NCBI GenBank assembly: GCA_010093995.1
Contig: ML992511.1
Span: forward strand, 403,801-423,800
From: Elsinoe ampelina
Lineage: Eukaryota
Length of the DNA: 20,000 nt
Direction of reading: 5' to 3'
The notes beneath the pieces were generated by a model. The model did not search any database. It had not been told where the DNA came from and saw only the letters and a list, made by a program, of their open reading frames with translations. Shown in pieces: positions 1 to 10,001 of this stretch (within the stretch, counting starts at the first letter, position 1; the number at the start of each line of letters is the position of its first letter). The translations under genes were made by a program, and so were the position numbers.

Positions 1-2479
1 CAAGGAGATCAAAGGCCGAGGTACGAGCTTTTTCGTTGACTTCCTTGACCGCAATGACTGCTTCGGAGATGATGGATGGGATGAAGCTGAGGTCAGAGGC
101 GGGAAGAAGAGGAATCAGCACAGAGATGGCTTGAAGTCGATCATGGCGGGCGGGTGCCGTGGCAGTTGGAGCAGCTGCGAGAAGAAGAGCTTGCAATTCT
201 GAGGAGCGTGCTGAAAGTGCTTCCTGTCCGATAGCAGACTCGGAAAGACGCGGGATAAGCTTGTAGGCCTTCTTTTGAAGTTGTGGATCGTTGTCCTTGT
301 TTATGACCGCTGATGCGATGCTGAACAATTGAGGGTAGGTTTCGCGAGGGAGATGTATTGACATGGTAATGATGAGATCTATGAGCGTGTGAGAGGTTGG
401 TGGCATTTTCGGGCCTTTGCTTGGGGCATCTTTCTGCTTGTCGGCCTGGGTCTGTGAGCCTTCTTCTGTGACGGCATTCGATAGAAGATCGGAAACCCGA
501 GTGAAGGTCTCGGTCAGCTCCGCCACTGGGATGATTGAGAGGTATGCATTGGTGCACTGCAATATCAATCCCCGATATTGTGGAAGCGTCTCGCCGTACA
601 CGTTGAATAAGACAGCTAACAGGTTGCTGGCGAAATTTGAGAGATGGGCAATATTCAGCTGTGCCTGAGCCTTTGACACGCGTCCTTGAGCGAGTAGATC
701 CTCTTCACCCTCGACAGATAGGATGATCTGGTTGGAGGCAACAAGGTTCTGCAACGCTCGGCATAAATTAGTCCTCAACTGAGGCTGCTGGTAGAGCAGA
801 TTTGCCAGCAATTCTGCAAAAGTCTGATCGAACGCTTCAATCACGTCCAGTGGCAATTCGCAGTATCCAGGAAGTGTATCCCAGATCTGCTGGACGATAG
901 TCTCGAATATCTTGACTTCCATTGTCTTTGCCGAGTCGCCATGATCGAGAACTCTCTGGAACATGAATTCGCTCAGAGGCACCAACTCTTGTCGGAAATG
1001 CGCAAGCTTCGTGTTCCTTACAGCTGGTCGCATGAGTGGCAGCATCCATGCCCGGCCGACTTGTCCTTTCTTTGGTTTCACTAGGTTCAGAGGAAGGACG
1101 TCAAGTACGAAATCCGGCCCGGCAGCTCTGATGGCAGCTGAGATGACTGTGTCTGCTTCCTTCTTGCCTGCGAAAGCGTCATTGCTTCTCAGATCTCCGA
1201 TAGCCTTGAGAGCGGTCCGTAGAACAGGATTCGACCGCCATTTGAGGGCTTCAAACATGGCACCAACCACATTGAAGACTTCCATCCATGCCGCTTGATA
1301 CTTAACGCTGAGTAGGTCGTCAAGAGATCGTGCCAGCTGCTCGAAGACCTTTTCGTCAAAGATGCTCGGCTCCAAGATGACGCTCGGGGGAATGCAATTG
1401 GTCAGAAAGCTGACCAGACACTCGCTCGCGCTGACTCTAATGTTGTGGCTACCGGAGCCAAGAAAGACAGCGACCATGTTGAAGAGCTCGGGAAGCTTCT
1501 GGAAGGTGTCCTCGGCATCAATCTGAGCAGCTACATCATAGGCTCGACTTAACACGGCGATCCAGGGTGGAAGAAGCTGAGCATCGTCTTTGCTGGGTTG
1601 CAACTCCGTGATGACCTCGAGTAGCCGAGGTAGCTTCGCGCTCGATGTCTCGTCCGCAAGACCGCTGAAGAGCAGCTCAAACACCTCGAACGCCGCCATG
1701 ACCAGGTACTCGCTGCTGCTCTTTGCGATGCCCAATAGGAGCTCGCATAACGCATCAATCTTTCTTGTGGGCCAACCATTGGCTGCTGTGGCCACGGTCT
1801 TGATCAGTTGGAGTCCATGTATCAGTTGTGGTTCGTGACCCTCCCTCTGTGCTCGGTTCCGCTTCGTCTTTCCTGCCTTTTGCGCCTCCTCGGCCAGTAT
1901 CTTCAACGCTGCTTCCGCGCATTGATCTGCCGCGGGATGATCTAAGGACGGGCTTGGGGGCGGGTTCTTCAACACCGTAGCCAGCGCTTCCAGAGCTCGT
2001 TTGCGTACCTTGGGTCGAGGATCGATTGAGAGATTGAGTAGACCGGCTACGGCTCTGCGAGGCGATATTGAAGAGGACGGTAGAGACCAGGCTTGTGAGT
2101 CCTGGACTTTGAGAAGAGATTCGAGGCAGCCGATAGCGCTCCGTACGAGTGGTGCTTCAGCTTCTTGATGTGTGAGGGCCGGGGCGAGGCCAGCGAGAAT
2201 CTGAGAGAACTTTCCTCTTACTAGAGGCGCAGGGACGTGCGGCGTGATCAAATCTAGCAGATACACTACCGCATGTGCCAGATCCTTGTTCACAATTGTT
2301 TCGCCCGAGATGTATTGTGGTAGTAGAGAGAGAAGGGCGGCGAAGTAGGCGGTGGGGGTGAGTTCGGCTTTCTGTGCTCGGAGGGTATCCTCTATGCTCG
2401 AGAGTACCACTGCATTATGTTGTTGGTTTTGCAGCTTGGGCTGCGACCGTATCTTGTCGAGTCTCTCGGTCAGAGACAT
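1..2479 (-). CDS. RRP12: Ribosome biogenesis HEAT-repeat protein Rrp12 (NUC173 family), 3' end beyond the window edge
   Basis: Manual translation from ATG at 2479: MSLTERLDKIRSQPKLQNQQHNAVVLSSIEDTLRAQKAELTPTAYFAALLSLL..., internal TVLKNPPPSPSLDHPAAD, and at the window edge in the same frame ...PSIISEAVIAVKEVNEKARTSAFDLL. These match fungal Rrp12 motifs. Absent from the ORF track, presumably because no stop codon lies inside the window. Confidence 0.93.
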   Translation of the reverse strand, partial: MSLTERLDKIRSQPKLQNQQHNAVVLSSIEDTLRAQKAELTPTAYFAALLSLLPQYISGETIVNKDLAHAVVYLLDLITPHVPAPLVRGKFSQILAGLAPALTHQEAEAPLVRSAIGCLESLLKVQDSQAWSLPSSSISPRRAVAGLLNLSIDPRPKVRKRALEALATVLKNPPPSPSLDHPAADQCAEAALKILAEEAQKAGKTKRNRAQREGHEPQLIHGLQLIKTVATAANGWPTRKIDALCELLLGIAKSSSEYLVMAAFEVFELLFSGLADETSSAKLPRLLEVITELQPSKDDAQLLPPWIAVLSRAYDVAAQIDAEDTFQKLPELFNMVAVFLGSGSHNIRVSASECLVSFLTNCIPPSVILEPSIFDEKVFEQLARSLDDLLSVKYQAAWMEVFNVVGAMFEALKWRSNPVLRTALKAIGDLRSNDAFAGKKEADTVISAAIRAAGPDFVLDVLPLNLVKPKKGQVGRAWMLPLMRPAVRNTKLAHFRQELVPLSEFMFQRVLDHGDSAKTMEVKIFETIVQQIWDTLPGYCELPLDVIEAFDQTFAELLANLLYQQPQLRTNLCRALQNLVASNQIILSVEGEEDLLAQGRVSKAQAQLNIAHLSNFASNLLAVLFNVYGETLPQYRGLILQCTNAYLSIIPVAELTETFTRVSDLLSNAVTEEGSQTQADKQKDAPSKGPKMPPTSHTLIDLIITMSIHLPRETYPQLFSIASAVINKDNDPQLQKKAYKLIPRLSESAIGQEALSARSSELQALLLAAAPTATAPARHDRLQAISVLIPLLPASDLSFIPSIISEAVIAVKEVNEKARTSAFDLL

Positions 2480-2610
2480 TTTGTCGCGCCTGCTCTGGGT
2501 AGCAAAGTGACATGGTGCGTTCGACAAGATCGTCACCCAAAGCCAGAGAATTAATTTCTGCCGGGTTCCGAAGAAGGCGGTGAGTTGCGTAAGGTACTCC
2601 GCATTGACGG

Positions 2611-2618
2611 TCACGTGA
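2611..2618. promoter_or_regulatory. Palindromic E-box TCACGTGA (candidate bHLH site) upstream of RRP12
   Basis: Perfect TCACGTGA palindrome about 130 bp upstream of the RRP12 ATG in a 188-bp intergenic gap. Function is inferred only. Confidence 0.4.
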
Positions 2619-2667
2619 GCAGAAATGAATTTGAAGGAACATACCACCCATTATCAATCTATTCTGT

Positions 2668-5600
2668 CTACAATCCAAGAGCCTCGTTGGTCACATAATG
2701 ACTACCGCCTGCACATCGGTAGCCACCCGCCTGCTTGATCCACCTATATCCCATGGGACAGACACCCAAGTTCTGCAGCTTCTGCTGCATTTGCTGCTCA
2801 CGCTTTTGCTCCTCTCTCTGACGCTCCTGCAACAGTCTCAACCTTTCAGCCTCATCGTCCGCCTTTCGCGTAGCCTCCACTGCTGCGAGCCTCATCTGCT
2901 CATGAAGTCGTCTTGCTTCGTCATCCTTGTTGTCTTGTTCTCTGCTCCGTGCCTCCTCCTCCTTTCGCTTCTGCGCCTCGTCACGTAGGCAATCGTGCTT
3001 CTTCTGAGCTTGACTGACTTCGGCGGCAAGGGCAGCTTCTACTCTCTCATTTTCTCGCCGGTCTGATTCGAGCTGGTCCCACACCGCGTCAGCAACCCCA
3101 GCATCGCGCGACCGTGTAGTGTCGGTGATCAGCTCGATTTTGTCATCGTCTTCATCCTGAGACGCTTCGTCTTCATTACCGGCAGAGTAAGTCTTTGCCT
3201 GCGATATGGTGAGGTCTGCTGTCGCACCGGCTTGTAGGTGGTCGAGCGGATGGACAGTTCGGGGAGGGCGTCCGCCAAGGCGACGCTGCTTCTCCTCAAG
3301 CATTCGCTTGATCTGCTCAAGAACAACATCCCAAGTATAGCAAGGTGGTGAAGACCCAGATAGCACTGCCATACGAACCCAACTCGCCAGAGTCTCGACA
3401 TCTCGTCCATTGCCCCATCCTTGTAACTGAGTAAGCTGACCAAAATATCGCAAAGCAGGCGGCTGCGCATTGCTGGTGGCTGTAAGCTGCTGGGGAATCT
3501 TCTGGTCTTGTAGCAATCGCTTCATCAACAGGGTCAGACAGTCTTCAGGCGTGAGGTTGGCGAACATGATCTCCTCCGGAAATCTACTGGAAAGACCTGG
3601 ATTGACACCAAGGAGATGGTTGATTTCATGCTCATAGCCGGCGAGCATAACTAGCATCTTGCCCTTGTATCTCGGCTTGGTCAGACAGTCGACAATTTCG
3701 TCAAGGGCTTCTTTGGCGAACTGTCCCTCGCCGAGACGATATGCTTCGTCGATGAACAGTACCTGGCCAAGCGCTTCCTCGAATTTCGCCACAACTTTGG
3801 GTCCGGTGTGCCCAAGGAAGCTTCCGACCAAGTCGGTAACGGAGCACTCCAGCACGTTGTCTGACGCCAGGAAGCCCATGTCGCAGAAGACCTTGCCAAT
3901 TTTACGTGCTGTAGTAGTCTTGCCGGTGCCTGCGCATGTTAGCCAATAGACTCAGTTGAGCCCGAGGTTACGAATCTTACCTGGGGGTCCTTTGAGAACG
4001 AAATTGAAGGGAATGACATCCAGTGGATCGAGGCCAGTCAACTGGGCGTTCTGATACGCACGAATGTATCCCACCAGCTTGTTGACGATGTGCTCAGTAT
4101 GGATCGTGCCGTTGAAAAGGTCCTTACAATTGCTGATAGCATCCTTGGTTCTGCCAACGTCCGGGTCGAAATCCTCAGGCTCGAAGATCATATCATCAGG
4201 CCTGTTGCTTGCCGGTAGCCTTTGCTGTCGCAGGCGATAGTGCTCCTTTGCTCTGGTAAGCAAATTCTCAACTTCTCCTGCGTTGCCGAAATTTGGCTTG
4301 CGCCGGAGCTTAGCGAGGAGGCCATGCGCTGTCTTTTTGGCGTCCTCAGTGGCACCTATCTTCTGCTTCGACAGCTTGTAGTCCAGGATCACACGCAGCT
4401 CGTTCTCGTCGTAGTCTTCGAAGATGAAAGCATTCTCAACTGGAAAGCGACGGCGAAGGCCGGGGTTCACCTGGCGCAGCATGTCTTCCATTTGATCCTG
4501 GTAGCCCAGAAGCAACACAGCACGATCATCCCCAGGCTCAGAATGGACTTCTGATACAATCGTGTTGACGATGGCTTCACGGAATATGTCCTTGCCATAA
4601 TGGGATGTGCCCTTGGGATTGGAACAGAGGTCGTAAGCTTCGTCGATGACCAAGACTTTACCCCTAGTGTTTTCCAGGATGCCTTTGGTATTCTTCTCCG
4701 ACTCGCCCAAGTGAGCTCCGACAAAGTCAGACGGCGTCTTGACAAGGCACTCGGAAGTGCTGAGGAGCCCAATTTCGGCGAGAATCTTGCCATACAGCTT
4801 GGCTACTGTTGTCTTACCGGTCCCTGGAGATCCCAAGAACAGTCGGTTCAAACTGACGTCGATGGGTGGCTTCTCCTTCAGCTCTCGATGATACGACTCA
4901 GTGACCGAGTCAAGTAGAGTCCGAACTGAATCCTTGACGGTTTGGAGACCTGGAAGCTCTTGAAGCTCCTTCCATGGCTTGCTATGCTGCAGCACCCCTC
5001 CGGGTTCGGGGCCAATCAAGTCTTCCTTCGACAACCAGAAGTCATCAGGCTTCTTGCCCTCCTTACGTTCGGCAGCTATGCGCTTCGACTGCGATGTAGT
5101 GATCCTGGCGATGGTGTTTTCGAGAGCTCGAGCATTGCCGAAACCTTCCTTGCCGCTACCACGGTGAAGGCGTCGAATGACAATCCGTGAATACAGTCCT
5201 GCATTCCCATCTTCGAGCTTCATGCGGCCTTTGAATTTCTGGAAGATCTTCTGCACCATCATATGTAGGAGCTCAGCCGGCGAGTAATCTGGAAAGACGA
5301 TCTGGACGGGTAGACGACTGGGGATCCCTGGGTTGTGCTGGAAGAACTTTTCCATCTGCTTCTCATAGCCGGCAAAGATGAAGACAACCTGCCCTGTGGT
5401 GTTCTCGATCTCTGCAAGGAAGAAGTCGAGCACTGCGGTCCCTCCATTGCCTCCAGCCCCTACACTACCACTCTGAGGTACCAGTTGATACGCTTCGTCT
5501 ACGAAGATAACACCGCCACCAGCCTGCAGAACCTCGTCAAGGGTTTTCTTGGCACCTGTGACGCCTTCATTTGCGATCTTCGAGCTTGTAGTTTCAACAA

Positions 5601-8600
5601 AATGATCACCAGGAATAGCCTCGGTCTCAGCGAGGAACTCCGCATATAGTCGCGCAACTGTCGTCTTGCCTGTACCAGGATTCCCCAAAAATGCTGTGCC
5701 GAGACGCTCATCCTTGAGATCTACGCCCTGTCTCTTTGCAATTTCGATCTTTTGAAAGACATTCAGGAACTGTGACTTGACGGATTCGAGACCGGTCATC
5801 GTCATCAGTTTATCGATCGCCACGTTGCTTGCGCCGTCGTCGTGCTTCATACGGTTCCAAAGGGTCTGAGCTTGACTTGGTGGAAGGGCTGGGATCGTGT
5901 CCCGCTCGAAGCCTGGATGCGTATGCTTGGGTGCAGGTACCCGGCTGACAGATGCGCCACCGTCGGCCTGAGTATCGTCGCTAGATGAATTTTCGTCGTC
6001 GTTCACCTCGTTCTGCGGGTGCTTCGGTTCTGATTGATTTCCAATCAAAGACTTCTGAGACGCGGCATCAAGAGCTCTGACTTTCTTTAAGTATTGGACT
6101 TTCTGTGCGATAGCAAGCCTGCGCTGTTCCTCGAGGTCGCTGAACTGCAGCTTCTGCCGCTCAGCTTCGATCTCAGCATTGAGTTGAGCAATCTTTGCGT
6201 CGTGTACCTGTTGAGCTGCAGCGCTGCGAGTACGCCGATCGTGCTCCTTACGTTGTCGATCTTCTGCGACCTTTCGTTTCTTCTCACAAGTTGGACACGT
6301 TGTTGGACGACCATCGCTACATTGCCACGACAATCTGTGGCGATCTGGGCAGACATCAAGAACGACTGCTTCGCAGCGAATCTTTGAATGATCGTATAAC
6401 TGGTGACATTTCTGCGGACATTCATGAATTCCACAGCTCAACATCGTCCCGCAGGGCATGTCGCAGCCGCCATCGGGACAAGCCTTGTCGAAAGCCTGAA
6501 GATCAGAGAGGACAGCAGTTCGGTCTGGATGGCGCTCACAGCGTACTGGCAGACCGTCGTAAACATGATGGCCTTCTTGTAGTTGTTGGAACAGATCACG
6601 CCAGAGCTCTCGACTTTTGCGAGCTTCCAAGAATGTCTCACTGTTGCCGATGAGGATGAGACCATTCCGGGCTCGAGAAAGCAGCACATTGAGTCTTTCA
6701 GGAGATGACAGAAAGCCAATGTCATGTTTCAGATTACTTCGGGTCAGTGAGACGACAACGACATCGCTTTCTTCACCCTGATAGTTGTCGACGGTGGAGA
6801 TGCGTAAGCGACGACGAGCGAGGTTCGCGGTTGCCTGTGGCATGAGACCAGCGCGGACCAGGTCGAAGGAGTCCATGTCGTTGAGCACAGGATCGTTTTC
6901 GGCGGCAAGGACGTCGTAGAGTAAGCCCAATTGTCCGAGGTAAGGTGTCAATACTACCACTTGATCGGTGCGGTAGCCCTGCTGGGCCAGATAGCGCACG
7001 CATCTCAGCGTCAAGTGAGCCTCGTACTCGTTCGTCTTGGATGAGGTTGCGCCGCCTTCGCGTGGATCGAAGATCACATCCTTCTCCACCTCGAGCTGCC
7101 GGTGATCCACGAAGACGACGCTGTCCTGAAACCCTCGCAGAGCCTTCCTTTCCAGGGTAGATCCCGCATCTCTCAGGTCAGGGTATGTAAGCGACCGTAC
7201 CAGCGCCGATATCTCGGGTCGCATGCGATGCTGCTCGGCGAGAGTTTCATGTGGATACCCTTTGAGAACCAGCCTCTCGAACAGAGACCGATTGAGGTCA
7301 TATCCTGTGCCTTTCTCCACACTCAAATGGTAGTGTGCCTTGGGACGGAGTTGTTTGTGGTCGCCGATAAGGATCAATTGTTTCGTAAATGGACCCAATG
7401 CCGTGATGATATGACTCTCGAGGATCTCGCCTGCCTCCTCCACAAGGACAATGTCTGGCCGGGCAGACTGAATCTCACGGACATACTTGGCAGCTGCTGT
7501 AGTAGTGCATCCAATGATTCTCTTACTTGCCAGTAGCCGTCGACTACCCTCGTTGGAAGCGAGATTGACGGCGTCAAGTTGATGATTGTATTGATCACCA
7601 TAGTTGGCGACTCTTTCAAGTCTTTCTTCCAGGATATCAGCCAGCCAACCACGTCGAAGCTTGTCCCGCTCGTCTTTTGGCAAGGTCCAGATGTGATCAT
7701 GGGTGGATGGGCGATCTTTGACAACACCGGCGTCTTTGCCGCGGCACCATCGATCGAGCAGGTAGAAGTCTTTCAGAGCGCGACCCTTTTCGTCGACGAG
7801 CGTGAACTCTCCTGCTTTCGGGAGCTGGAAAGCTTCAAAGTAGATTTCATGCTCGGTCGAGAACTCAAGGTATTCCATCAGGTCACTGTGACGAGCGCCA
7901 TCCGTTGCAAAGTCGTTGTATGCAGATTTGAGTCTTTTCGCCGTGAGTGCCAGGTCATCTTGGCGAGGACGGATCATGTCCCAATCGGAACGCGTTCTTC
8001 GATATCTTGGATCCGTGGTCACTTGTTGCTGCAAAACCAGGGATTTGGTTGAAGCACTCGCCTTCTGTTGAGATCCTAGTCGGACAATATCAGACTCCGA
8101 TATACCAGTACCAATCAGATCCTCAAGGAATTGGTCGAGAGCATGATTTGTGTACGACAGAACAAGGATCCGAGCCGAGGACTTGAGGTACAGCGCCTTT
8201 GCCACGAGTGCTCCTATGAAGCTCTTGCCCGTGCCGGGTGGTCCTTGGATCAAAGCGACTTGCTGCTGTAGACCCGCGACAAGGCTCTTCGCCTGACTGT
8301 GATCAAGTGTGGTCGTTTTCGGTAGGGAGAGGCTGGCCTGAAGATCCAGAGAGGGGTTGGATCCGAGATCTTCCACGAGTGTGCGGAGCATCCCGTCTAG
8401 CTCGATGTGAAGCGATGGATCGCCGTCCGACCATTCGAGGATATCTGATGCGAGAGGTATGGATCGAGCTGCTTGTAGCTGTTTGAGAATGGGCTCATAA
8501 GCGAAGACTGCCGTTCTGAGGTTGAGTAGCTGTATTTGGCTGGTAGCTCTGATACCGCGAAGGATGGACCTGGTTGCGGAGAGATTTCGCGGTAATTGTA

Positions 8601-9675
8601 GATGGATGACAGGCTGCTGAGAGGCCAAAGTGTCCTCCTTCCTCATAATCCTCCCAAGACCAACGATAGTACCGTCAGCCACGAGGCAGGTTAAAGAATC
8701 GTTGGCCAGAATCTTTGGGTGCTTCTTCAGGAAGTCTTCCCGTTGTGCCGGAGTACCTTTGGGAATGAAGGACAGTTGCTTGGAGCGCTGGAGTGCGATT
8801 GCCCAGGGCTGTTTGTTATTGACGGCAATGCCGATGAGGCGAAGACCATCTATCTTCTGCCGTGTCTGCTTGCTCTGGCCGGATAGCTCATCTTTCAAAT
8901 CTCTGAGCATATCCTCCCTAAGTAGCCTGAATTGGTTATCCAGGTGCGTAGCCAATCTCTGGTCTGGCTCCAATCCATCAATCTCGTCGGCATGGCGTAG
9001 AAAAGGTTCTTCTCGTGCCTGCAATTCATCGACAGAGGGTAAGATGGCGATCTTACGGAAATCTGCATAGTCATTATCGTGGCGACCACCAGGTCCATCC
9101 GGAATCGCCAGAATAGTGCCGGCAAGTGCTGCCAAGACGTGCTTTATACGACTGTAAGTGTTCCTGGTGTCAGCTGATGGCGCATGCTCGAGGACATCGC
9201 GAATGGTAGATCGATTGGCGACCTCAATGTATGAGACGACTTCGCTGTTGGGGACAGAGAGGAGCTGGAGAAGAAGCCATGCGAAGCTGTGAGTAGCGTG
9301 TGCGCCTAGGCTGTGCGTCTCGACCAAGTTACAGAAAGGAGACCAAAAAGTATGGGGCTCGACTATGAGGCGGACCAGATCTTGCAGAAGTTGACCACTG
9401 CAAGCAGCAGCAATCTGAGGTGATTGTATGTACCGGAGGATTTGATCGGAGGTGTCGTTGATGAAGGAAGCGGTGACGTCCACGCGCAACGCCTGTTGGA
9501 GAGCTTGTACGCCATGAGTGGTACTCAATACAGCGGCGATACATTCGACTGGGTCAGACCGCGACACGATAGCCTCTGCGAATCGTTTGGCGCTCGCTGG
9601 TGAAAGAATGGTCTCGGCACCACTGATGACCTGGCGGAAGAAGTGATTTAGCCTTCCTCGCCGCCGGTCGTCCAT
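2668..9675 (-). CDS. ZNFX1-like SF1 RNA helicase with NF-X1-type Cys/His fingers fused to three CbbX/SpoVK-type AAA+ domains; join(9675..3981,3929..2668), ~2318 aa
   Basis: ZNFX1-family motif GPGGRHDNDYADFRKIAILPSVDEL. SF1 motifs QGPPGTGKS, VEEAGE, LIGDHKQLRP, SLFERL, QHRMRPEIS, TPYLGQ, TVDNYQGEE, RLNVLLSRAR. Cys/His cluster CERHP...CPDGGCDMPCGTMLSCGIHECPQKCH...CPTC. Three AAA+ modules: GNPGTGKT/IFVDEAY/NPGIPSRLP, GSPGTGKT/LVIDEAY/NPGLRRRFP, GPPGTGKT/LFIDEAY/NPGLSSRFP. The 1907-aa and 403-aa ORFs join in frame after removal of one intron. Confidence 0.92.
3930..3980 (-). other. Spliceosomal intron (51 nt) splitting the third AAA+ Walker A
   Basis: Minus strand GTAAGA...GCTAAC...CAG with an in-frame TGA. 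Removal restores GPPG|TGKTTTARKIGKVFCDMG. Confidence 0.95.
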
Positions 9676-10001
9676 ATTGTATTGCCGTGATGAGAAGAGG
9701 ACAAGAATGAAAATCCGCTGGGAAATGGCGATACTCCTGACATGCTGGGAGCTTCCAGCTCACATCTGCCTAGTGCTATAGCTCCGTTTGTCGACGTGAG
9801 CCAATGACATGCGTGACTGCAGCGGAGGTGAGCACTGGAGTCGCCCGACCTTGCTTGTCACTGGCCGATGCGCGTTCCAGCAAACGAGATCCCTGCAACC
9901 CCTCCGACCAGGTCTTGCATCGCAGAAAACAAAGAAAGACGACTCACAATTTCAATTTCACGTTCATCATTTCACTTCCTGTACCATACACAACATACTC
10001 A
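9676..10001. promoter_or_regulatory. Putative shared bidirectional promoter (326 bp) between the helicase-AAA+ gene and the DXO-like gene
   Basis: Two divergent ATGs (9675 minus, 10002 plus), a CCAAT at 9801-9805, and a pyrimidine-rich tract before 10002. Confidence 0.6.

Noticed and set aside
141..2678. Short ORFs listed in the track over the first 2.7 kb
   Set aside because: They are antisense or off-frame shadows of RRP12.
2668..3879. Separate 403-aa AAA gene, or a pseudogenising stop at 3952
   Set aside because: The stop lies inside a canonical 51-nt intron; splicing rebuilds an intact Walker A and fuses the two ORFs.
9804..10001. In-frame upstream ATG extending the nuclease-like protein by 66 aa
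   Set aside because: It lies in the shared promoter (overlapping the CCAAT) and the extension reads like pyrimidine-rich leader sequence; not fully excluded.
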